NCBI GenBank assembly: GCA_040235515.1
Contig: JBECKX010000196.1
Span: 1 to 19,746 of the forward strand
From: Candidatus Zixiibacteriota bacterium
GTDB lineage: Bacteria > Zixibacteria > MSB-5A5 > CAIYYT01
Direction of reading: 5' to 3'
DNA: 19,746 nt
Shown here piece after piece: positions 1 to 7,180 of this stretch. The position numbers and the translations under genes were made by a program. Within the stretch, counting starts at the first letter, position 1, and each line of letters opens with the position of its first letter. Below the pieces are notes generated by a model. The model ran no database searches, was not told the origin of the DNA, and worked only from the letters and a program-made list of their open reading frames with translations.

Positions 1-132
1 CCTGCCCCCTCGTTGCAGCAACGGGCGGACTGCAATTGCGACCGGGCGGTTACGATTGCGGATGCGGTTGTCCTGGTGAACTACATTTTCGGTGGGGGAC
101 CGGAGCCGGGTTCGCTCTGGGATCAGCCGTAA
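1..132 (+). CDS. 3' end (partial) of a protein with a C-terminal dockerin-like repeat
   Basis: Frame 1 reads PAPSLQQRADCNCDRAVTIADAVVLVNYIFGGGPEPGSLWDQP-stop (TAA 130-132). It carries the same DxxxxxxVxIADAVxxxxYIFGGGPxP motif as the C-terminus of the next gene. Not in the ORF track because it is truncated by the window edge. Confidence 0.85.
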   Translation, partial: PAPSLQQRADCNCDRAVTIADAVVLVNYIFGGGPEPGSLWDQP

Positions 133-180
133 GGGTGGTGTCGACGAGCCAGAGACAGCATGGGGTGCCGATGAATCAGC

Positions 181-209
181 TTGCTAATTAGGCGGTTCCG
201 GCATATATT
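181..209 (+). promoter_or_regulatory. sigma70-type promoter candidate
   Basis: TTGCTA (181-186), 17-bp spacer, TATATT (204-209) in an AT-rich intergenic patch. Confidence 0.6.
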
Positions 210-225
210 AGATCACATTAACATT

Positions 226-273
226 CCTGCTGTGCAGAGTGCACCTTACCCGTGCTTTTGCAGCAGGTTTTTT
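226..273 (+). terminator. Intrinsic terminator-like hairpin / possible attenuator
   Basis: CCTGC-(TG)-TGCAGAG-(T)-GCAC [loop CTTACCC] GTGC-TTTTGCA-GCAGG gives 16 pairs including two G-U, followed by TTTTTT (268-273). Confidence 0.7.
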
Positions 274-310
274 CTATCCTCCAAATGAGCAACCCTCAGG
301 AGAGCAACCG

Positions 311-1948
311 ATGCCGTCGGCGTATAGTTTCGTCGGGGGTGTTTTCTTCTGCCTGTTTTCGACCGCGCTGGTAGTGGCGGCTCCGCCAAGCGTCGTAACA
401 GTCTACCCCACACCCAATTCCATCGTTCCAGCAGTGCTTGACTCCGTCTGGGCCGCATTCGACACTGATCTTGATCCCGGCTCGCTTTCTGCAACTGCGG
501 TCACACTGAATTCACGTTTCCGCGGTCTGCTTGGCCATAGCCTTCACTATGACGCCACGCAGGTTTCCACGGTGGCCACATCTCTCGCTCAATTCGCGGC
601 AGGTGACCGGGTACGAATAACCCTAACGCCTGAACTGAAATCGATGACCAACGAGCCGCTCGCAGCCGCCTACACGTGGGAATTTTATGCGCCGGCCGGA
701 TCGGCACGAGCCAGTTTCACCCCGCATGTCGACTATGCAGCGGGGGGCGCGACGCGCTCGATCTTTGCGGGGGATTTCAACGGGGATGGCTATCTTGACC
801 TGGCTGCCACCAACTACAACGACGACAACGTTTCGGTATTGTTGAACAACGGCAACGGGACGTTTGCGGCGCAGGCGACCTATTCGACCGGGTTGCTACC
901 AAACTGTGTGTCGGCGGCCGATTTCGATCGGGATGGGGATCTTGACCTGGCGGTGGCCAACTATAATGCCAATCGCATTTCGGTATTGTTGGGAAACGGC
1001 AACGGGACATTTGCGGCGCAGACACTCTACTTCGTTGGGAATCAACCGGCGGTGATAGTGCCGGCTGACTTCAATGGTGATGGCTGGCTGGACCTGGCGG
1101 TGTCGAGCAAGTCGAGCAATAACGTATCGATTGCCTACAACAATGGTGACGGCACCTTTGGCGCCGACTCACTCTTTGCGTGTGGAGCTGCGCCGGAGGG
1201 GATGATCACCGCTGATTTTGATGGCGACGGTGATCTGGATATCGCCGTAACCAACACTACTGCCGGTACCGTGAGGGTGCTCAGCAACGACGGTCAGGGA
1301 TTGATGGCGGCCGTCGCTACTCTTACGACCGGCCAATCGCCCTTCGCCGTGGTGGCAGGCGACCTTAATGGTGATGGGCTGGTGGATCTTGCCGTAGCCA
1401 ACAGCTTCGTTGGCAGCGTTTCGATTCTGATCAATCAGGGCGGATTCAGTTTTGCCCCGCACGTGACCTATGCGGTGGGTAGTTCGCCGTACGATATCGC
1501 GCTGGGCGACTTAGATGGGGACGGTGATTTCGATCTGGCGGTGGCAAATCTCTCATCGAATAGCGTTTCGGTACTCCGGAACAATGGCAACGGAACGTTC
1601 GCGACGAAGGTTGACTTTGCGGCCGGTGAGTTCACCTCAGGAATTGTCGTGGCTGATCTCGACAATGACCGGGAACTGGACATTGCCACCTCCAACCTCC
1701 TGGGTGAATCGGTTTCTGTCTTGTTCAATATAGAGTTAGCCAAACCGGGTGATGCCGACGGCAGCGGTTCGGTAGCGATTGCCGACGCAGTCTATATCAT
1801 TCAATACATTTTCGGTGGCGGACCGGCTCCGTTCTCACTGACTGCCGGGGATGCCGACTGCAGCGGCGCGGTAGCGATTGCCGACGCGGTATACATCATA
1901 CAGTTCATATTCGGTGGCGGACCCGCTCCGGGCAGCAATTGCCGTTAG
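311..1948 (+). CDS. Secreted protein: signal peptide, Ig-like (Big_5/SbsA-like) domain, seven FG-GAP/VCBS repeats (probable beta-propeller), C-terminal dockerin-like domain
   Basis: ATG 311 follows an AGGAG SD (298-302), whereas the ORF-track GTG at 239 lies inside the hairpin. Hydrophobic N-terminus; PSVVTVYPTPNS...FDTDLDPGSL Ig-like pattern; seven (G/A)D(F/L)(N/D)xDxxxD(L/I)A Ca-binding blades; duplicated GDADxSGxVAIADAVYIIQ(Y/F)IFGGGPAP at the end. Confidence 0.85.
   Translation: MPSAYSFVGGVFFCLFSTALVVAAPPSVVTVYPTPNSIVPAVLDSVWAAFDTDLDPGSLSATAVTLNSRFRGLLGHSLHYDATQVSTVATSLAQFAAGDRVRITLTPELKSMTNEPLAAAYTWEFYAPAGSARASFTPHVDYAAGGATRSIFAGDFNGDGYLDLAATNYNDDNVSVLLNNGNGTFAAQATYSTGLLPNCVSAADFDRDGDLDLAVANYNANRISVLLGNGNGTFAAQTLYFVGNQPAVIVPADFNGDGWLDLAVSSKSSNNVSIAYNNGDGTFGADSLFACGAAPEGMITADFDGDGDLDIAVTNTTAGTVRVLSNDGQGLMAAVATLTTGQSPFAVVAGDLNGDGLVDLAVANSFVGSVSILINQGGFSFAPHVTYAVGSSPYDIALGDLDGDGDFDLAVANLSSNSVSVLRNNGNGTFATKVDFAAGEFTSGIVVADLDNDRELDIATSNLLGESVSVLFNIELAKPGDADGSGSVAIADAVYIIQYIFGGGPAPFSLTAGDADCSGAVAIADAVYIIQFIFGGGPAPGSNCR
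1748..1930 (+). repeat. Duplicated 84-bp dockerin-like repeat (1748-1831 and 1847-1930)
   Basis: Two 28-aa units, GDADGSGSVAIADAVYIIQYIFGGGPAP and GDADCSGAVAIADAVYIIQFIFGGGPAP, separated by FSLTA. Confidence 0.9.
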
Positions 1949-1988
1949 CCTGATTCGACGCCGGCCGTAGCGTGGCGTGGAATTCGGC

Positions 1989-2017
1989 TTGTCAAGTCGA
2001 TAGCTCTTCTCTATCAT
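1989..2017 (+). promoter_or_regulatory. sigma70-type promoter for speB
   Basis: TTGTCA (1989-1994), 17-bp spacer, TATCAT (2012-2017), 31 nt upstream of the ATG. Confidence 0.7.
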
Positions 2018-2048
2018 CTTAGGGTTAACCGTAACCGATTGAGAGAAG

Positions 2049-2918
2049 ATGGCCCGCTACAATTTCTTAGGCATAACCGGCCCTGAGTCGGAGAAGGCGA
2101 ATGCGCGCTACTACGTGATCCCGGTCCCGTACGAGGCTACCGTCACGTATGGTCATGGCGCCGAGTATGGTCCGACCGCTATCCTGAGTGCTTCTCAGGA
2201 AGTCGAGTTGTTCGATGACGAGTTAGGGTTTGAGCCCTTCACTGCAGGCGTCTATACCGCTCCACCGGTACAGCTCTCTTACGAAGGTCCGGAGCGACAG
2301 GGAGAGATCGTGATTGCGGCTGTCAGGGCGGTCCTGGCTGAGGGGAAAATTCCGTGTGTATTGGGAGGCGAGCACTCGATCAGTTATGGTCCTGTTGTTG
2401 CCTGCCTGGAAAAATATCCCGGTCTAACCGTGCTTCAGCTTGATGCCCATGCGGATTTGCGGGATGGTTATCTTGGCGAAAAGTTTTCGCATGCGTCTGT
2501 CATGCGGCGCATCAGGGACAAGACGCAGAAGACGGTGAGCGTCGGCATCAGGAATTACTCGATCGAGGAACATGAGTATATCACGGCCAGTGGCGTGAAG
2601 ATATTCTCCGGTGGCTATATCGATCAGAATCCGGATTGGATCGATGATGTGGTAGCGGAGTTGTCGGGTGATCTGTACATCACGTTTGATGTCGACGGGC
2701 TTGACCCATCACTGATGCCGGCTACCGGAACTCCTGAACCGGGCGGTTTGCTCTGGTATCCGACGATGAAGTTGCTGCGCAAGGCGATCGAGAAATGCAA
2801 CCTGGTGGGGTTCGATGTGGTTGAGCTTGCACCGATCGCCGATATGCATGCGCCTGATTTTCTGGCGGCGAAGCTCGTGCACAAGATCATCGCCTACGAT
2901 GCCAACAAGAGGCGCTGA
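2049..2918 (+). CDS. speB: Agmatinase (ureohydrolase family)
   Basis: GGEHS, DAHAD, DVDGLDP, ATGTPEPGG and VELAP metal-binding motifs; PYEATVTYGHGA N-terminal pattern typical of agmatinases. Confidence 0.9.
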   Translation: MARYNFLGITGPESEKANARYYVIPVPYEATVTYGHGAEYGPTAILSASQEVELFDDELGFEPFTAGVYTAPPVQLSYEGPERQGEIVIAAVRAVLAEGKIPCVLGGEHSISYGPVVACLEKYPGLTVLQLDAHADLRDGYLGEKFSHASVMRRIRDKTQKTVSVGIRNYSIEEHEYITASGVKIFSGGYIDQNPDWIDDVVAELSGDLYITFDVDGLDPSLMPATGTPEPGGLLWYPTMKLLRKAIEKCNLVGFDVVELAPIADMHAPDFLAAKLVHKIIAYDANKRR

Positions 2919-2931
2919 AGCGCCTGTTGGC
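2901..2931. other. Hairpin with the speB stop codon in its loop, between convergent genes
   Basis: GCCAAC-(AAG)-AGGCGC [TGAA] GCGCCT-GTTGGC, 12 bp. No U-tract on either side, so a terminator role is uncertain. Confidence 0.4.
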
Positions 2932-2982
2932 GCAGTTCCCGGGGGGTCGGATCAGCTCCGAATTTAGAGTGGTAGAATAGTA

Positions 2983-3414
2983 CTAAGGGAGATAGGTCTG
3001 GCCCGCATAGCCATACCCGTCGATACGCCAACCATCTTTTTCCCAGACAACGTAGATTGTGGCATCGCGCGGAATGCCGCGGCCGATTTCATCGAGCAGC
3101 TTGAGCCTGACCCAGTAGCGGCCGACATCACCGCGCACTTCGGAGGTAACGATTTCGTAGCCATTGAGATCGTTGCGTTTATCGACGAAGTAGGCGTAGT
3201 AGTCGGAGTAGTTGTGAATGCTGAGCCGCTTCAGTTCATTTTTGGCGCGCTGCGAGAGAAGGGGAAACATCCCGGTTGTGTTGTTAGACTGCCAATTGGA
3301 GAGGTAGCGATTGACGACGGCGTTCGGGTCGGAGGAATCGGTGTGAAACGATCGATACAGCCCGAAAACGATGAACCCAATCAGCAGAGCCCAAAAGAGT
3401 GTTCGAAAAGACAT
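2983..3414 (-). CDS. Membrane-anchored hypothetical protein with probable NTF2-like (DUF4878/MecA_N-like) extracytoplasmic domain
   Basis: GAGGT SD on the minus strand upstream of ATG 3414; N-terminal TM helix; DPNAVVNRYLSNWQ...MFPLLSQRAK helix pattern and C-terminal VVWEKDGWRID strand typical of NTF2-like domains; fills the intergenic gap. Confidence 0.75.
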   Translation of the reverse strand: MSFRTLFWALLIGFIVFGLYRSFHTDSSDPNAVVNRYLSNWQSNNTTGMFPLLSQRAKNELKRLSIHNYSDYYAYFVDKRNDLNGYEIVTSEVRGDVGRYWVRLKLLDEIGRGIPRDATIYVVWEKDGWRIDGYGYAGQTYLP

Positions 3415-3539
3415 CGGATATACCTCTACAACTATGCCCCTGCACGTTCAGCAATATTATCGACAGAGGAGCGAGGAGGATTTAGCGGCGAGAACGGGTT
3501 GGGAATCGACGTATGGCAGCCACTAACCCCTTATTTCCC

Positions 3540-3568
3540 TTGACGAATCATAAGTTTCAGCCGATTAT
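3540..3568 (+). promoter_or_regulatory. Possible sigma70 promoter for the mfd operon
   Basis: TTGACG (3540-3545), 17-bp spacer, weak -10 GATTAT (3563-3568) in AT-rich DNA. Confidence 0.4.
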
Positions 3569-3687
3569 ATGAGACTATTGTAGCAGAATTTCAACCCACC
3601 CCCTAACCAGCCGGGGCGTGGGGTAATTGCGTTTATTTCGGCTTTGTGCCCCCTGTAATTGGAAACGATTCGCAGAAGAGAAACAGC

Positions 3688-6600
3688 ATGACGACATCAT
3701 CCCCCACCAAACAGCCCGGCACGCTTGGGCGAGTACTGCTTCAGTCGGAGATATATCTTTCGCTGCGCAATGCAGTAGCCGACGGGCAGAGCCTCAGTGT
3801 GGCGGGTCTGGCAGGTTCAGCGAACGCGCTGCTGATTTCATCCCTGTTCAGCGAGTTGCAGCGCACGATGGTAGTGGTGGCGCCGCTGGAAAAGGTAGCT
3901 TCCGCGCTGGCGGCTGATTTGAGTGACATGTGCGGTGAGGAAGCGGTAGCGCCCTTCCCGGCCTGGGGAACCTATCCGTACGACTGGCTGATGCCCCCCC
4001 TTGAAAGCGTTTCGCAGCGAATCGAGACGCTCTGGCAGATCATGCAGGAGAAGCCGGTGATCGTGGTCACGACGCCGGTGGCCATCAGCGAACCGACCCT
4101 GACACAGGAAGCACTGATAGAATCGTGTTTCAACCTCTCGGTCGGCGAAGAGTTCGACATGCAGGAGATCGCGGATCGGCTGGTCCGCCTCGGCTATGAG
4201 CGAGAGCCGATCACGGAAGAGGTTGGAACATTTTCGATTCGCGGCGGCATACTCGACATCTTCCCATTCACTTCCACCAACCCGATCCGTTGCGAGTTTT
4301 TCGGTGACACGATCGATTCGATGCGTGAATTCAGCGTGTTGTCGCAGAGGTCGGTCAGCGACATCGGCGAGATTGCGATTATTCCGCGTCGGGAGATCAT
4401 GATTTCTCCTGCAGAGCTGGAGGAACGAATCGAGAAGCTGCGCGGGTCCTCGGCGGAGATACTCGCCGAGCGCTGCCTCTCTGGTTTTGACAACCCCGGC
4501 CTGGAATGGGTCGCGCCAATGCTGGGGCTCAAGCAGTCTTATCTAACGGATCATCTGCCGGAGGACTACCTCCTTTACCTGACCGACCGCAGCGTAGCTG
4601 AAGAGCGGTTGATGCGCGCCGAGCAGGATGCGTTGGAGAGCTACGAACAACTCAGACCGGAACTAGCTGACGCCCCGACTCCGGAAACCATCTACTTGAC
4701 GGGGAGTAAGTTGTTCGCCGCCTTCGACAAGCAGCAGTGCATCACGGAGCTGCCGCTGGGGAGGTCAGCGGACGCGATCGATTTCGGGATGAAGGACCAT
4801 CCCGCCTTTAATGGTCAGATCAAGTTACTGCGCGAACGGCTGAAGCAATGGTCGGAGCAGCAGGAACAGGTCTTACTGGTCTGCGACACGGAATTGCAGG
4901 CGCGCCGACTCCGGGATCTGCTGGGAGAACAGGGTGAGAGCGTCAGTTTCGTGATCTCGAGCCTGCAACAGGGATTCATCCTGCCGGAGACAAACAGCGT
5001 GGTGCTGACCGACCACCAGATATTTGAACGCCAGATAATCAGGCAGCGGAAACGAGTCTTCAAGGAGGGGCAGGCGATCAGCTCGTACGCCGCGCTCGAG
5101 CTGGGAGATTATGTCGTCCACGTTGATCACGGAATCGGGCGTTACCGCGGGTTGCAGGAGATAAGCATCAACCGCCGCAAGCGTGAATGCCTGCTGATTT
5201 ACTACGCAGACGATGACAAGCTCTATGTGCCGATCGAGGAGTTCGGGCGTGTCCAGAAGTATGTGGGCAAGGATGGAACGCCCCGGCTCACGAAGCTGGG
5301 TGGCAAGAGTTGGGAGAAGGTAAAGGCTCGCACCAAGAAGGCGATTGCCGACATGGCGGATGAGCTGATCAGGCTCTACGCCGCGCGCAAGGCGCGGCCG
5401 GGCCATGCCTTTGGTGACGACGATGAGATGATGCGTCAGCTTGAGGCCTCATTCCCCTATCAGGAGACTCCCGATCAATTGACATCGATCAAGGCGGTCA
5501 AGGAGGATATGCTGTCGAATTCGCCAATGGATCGCCTGATCTGCGGGGATGTTGGTTTCGGGAAGACGGAAGTTGCGGTCCGCGCAGCACTGCGCGCCGT
5601 ATCGGACGGCATGCAGGTGGCGGTGCTGGTACCGACCACGATTCTGGCGCAACAGCACCTGAATACATTCCGAAAGCGGCTGGGTGCGTTCCCGATCAGG
5701 GTCGAGGCGCTTTCCCGCTTTCTGAGCCGACAGGAACAGAAACAGATCGTTGCGGATGTCGAGGCACGCAAGGTGGATGTTATCATCGGCACCCACAGGC
5801 TGTTGCAGAAAGACCTGAAGATACCGAACCTCGGTCTGATCATCGTTGATGAGGAGCAACGTTTCGGGGTGGCGCACAAAGAGCGATTGAAAGGCCTCAA
5901 ACAGTTGGCGGATTGTCTGACACTAACCGCCACGCCGATCCCGCGCACGCTGCAGATGTCATTGCTCGGCGCACGCGATATGTCGGTGATCAATACTTCC
6001 CCCAAGGACCGCCAGCCGATCATCACGGAGATCGCCGAGTTTGATCCGAGGATCATCTATGATGCCATCACTGCAGAGGTGGAACGCGGCGGACAGGTTT
6101 ATTTCGTCCACAACCGCGTGGAGACGATCGAATCGATGCATCACTATCTCACCAAGCTGCTCAAGACGATCAGGGTGACTGTTGCTCATGGACAGATGCC
6201 AGAAAAGGAGCTTGAGCAGGTAATGCTGAGCTTCATGGAAAAGGAGTATGACGTACTGCTCTGCAGCGCGATCATCGAGTCGGGAATTGACATCCCTTCG
6301 GTAAACACGATCATAATCAACCGCGCCGACAGGTTCGGGCTGGCACAGCTTTATCAACTGCGTGGCCGGGTCGGTCGCAGCCAGCAGCGGGCTTATGCTT
6401 ACATGCTGATTCCGCCGGTACGGAAGATCACCGACACTGCGCGGAAGCGGCTGAAGGCGATCGAGCAGCATACCGAGTTGGGCAGCGGATTCCATCTGGC
6501 GATGCGTGACCTGGAGATTCGGGGCGCGGGGAACCTGCTTGGTCCGCAGCAGCATGGTTTCATCGAGGAGGTCGGTTTCGATCTCTATTGCCGCCTGCTG

Positions 6601-7080
6601 GAGGAGGCGGTCGCCGAAATCAAGGGTGAGGTATTGGCGAGTGATTTTGACGTGAAGCTTGAGATCGATCGTGATTGTTACCTGCCGGATGACTACATCG
6701 AAGACAGCAAACAACGCGTGGAGATTTACCGCAAAATCGCGGACGCCAAGGATTCCGAGACCCTGGCCGAGATCGCGGAGGAGTTGCGGGATCGTTTCGG
6801 TCGCTTTGGCGAGGAGACAGAGAACCTGCTCGACATGATGGAGATCAACCTGCTGGCGCGGGAGCGGAAGATCGCGCGAGTCAGGCTATCCGGGGATAGT
6901 GCGATGCTGGTCTACGACGCCTCCGAGCTTCCCGGCAAGAGCCAGATCGAAGCGCTGCGCCGGGCGTGGCCGGAGAATCTCGGTTTCAACGCCGCGGAGG
7001 GGTTTGTGATCAATATCGGGTTTTCAGATACAACCGAACGCCCGCTGTCAGAATTGAAAAAGCTTTTGAAATTGCTGTGA
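3688..7080 (+). CDS. mfd: Transcription-repair coupling factor
   Basis: UvrB-homology region (FSIRGGILDIF), RID (GDYVVHVDHGIGRY), GDVGFGKT, DEEQRFG, TATPIPRT, QLRGRVGR and TRCF C-terminus. ATG 3688 preferred over GTG 3646; start uncertain. Confidence 0.97.
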   Translation: MTTSSPTKQPGTLGRVLLQSEIYLSLRNAVADGQSLSVAGLAGSANALLISSLFSELQRTMVVVAPLEKVASALAADLSDMCGEEAVAPFPAWGTYPYDWLMPPLESVSQRIETLWQIMQEKPVIVVTTPVAISEPTLTQEALIESCFNLSVGEEFDMQEIADRLVRLGYEREPITEEVGTFSIRGGILDIFPFTSTNPIRCEFFGDTIDSMREFSVLSQRSVSDIGEIAIIPRREIMISPAELEERIEKLRGSSAEILAERCLSGFDNPGLEWVAPMLGLKQSYLTDHLPEDYLLYLTDRSVAEERLMRAEQDALESYEQLRPELADAPTPETIYLTGSKLFAAFDKQQCITELPLGRSADAIDFGMKDHPAFNGQIKLLRERLKQWSEQQEQVLLVCDTELQARRLRDLLGEQGESVSFVISSLQQGFILPETNSVVLTDHQIFERQIIRQRKRVFKEGQAISSYAALELGDYVVHVDHGIGRYRGLQEISINRRKRECLLIYYADDDKLYVPIEEFGRVQKYVGKDGTPRLTKLGGKSWEKVKARTKKAIADMADELIRLYAARKARPGHAFGDDDEMMRQLEASFPYQETPDQLTSIKAVKEDMLSNSPMDRLICGDVGFGKTEVAVRAALRAVSDGMQVAVLVPTTILAQQHLNTFRKRLGAFPIRVEALSRFLSRQEQKQIVADVEARKVDVIIGTHRLLQKDLKIPNLGLIIVDEEQRFGVAHKERLKGLKQLADCLTLTATPIPRTLQMSLLGARDMSVINTSPKDRQPIITEIAEFDPRIIYDAITAEVERGGQVYFVHNRVETIESMHHYLTKLLKTIRVTVAHGQMPEKELEQVMLSFMEKEYDVLLCSAIIESGIDIPSVNTIIINRADRFGLAQLYQLRGRVGRSQQRAYAYMLIPPVRKITDTARKRLKAIEQHTELGSGFHLAMRDLEIRGAGNLLGPQQHGFIEEVGFDLYCRLLEEAVAEIKGEVLASDFDVKLEIDRDCYLPDDYIEDSKQRVEIYRKIADAKDSETLAEIAEELRDRFGRFGEETENLLDMMEINLLARERKIARVRLSGDSAMLVYDASELPGKSQIEALRRAWPENLGFNAAEGFVINIGFSDTTERPLSELKKLLKLL

Positions 7081-7180
7081 CGAACCCTACTATAGGGCAA
7101 CCAAGAACTTACGCGAAGTGAGCATTTTGTAAGGATCAAATGGAAGTCAGGTTTGTATTATGATAACGATGAGGAAACGA

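Noticed and set aside
239..310. N-terminal extension from GTG 239
   Set aside because: The start is buried in the hairpin and would displace the signal peptide; ATG 311 has a proper SD.
794..1930. Diversity-generating retroelement TR/VR pair among the repeats
   Set aside because: The repeats are in-frame protein domains, mismatches are not adenine-specific, and no reverse transcriptase is present.
3214..3543. 109-aa + strand ORF
   Set aside because: It overlaps the better-supported minus-strand gene and has no protein-like features.
7066..7093. Internal promoter TTGAAA-N16-TACTAT before the foldase gene
   Set aside because: Plausible, but the spacing is suboptimal and several competing AT-rich hexamers make it impossible to choose.
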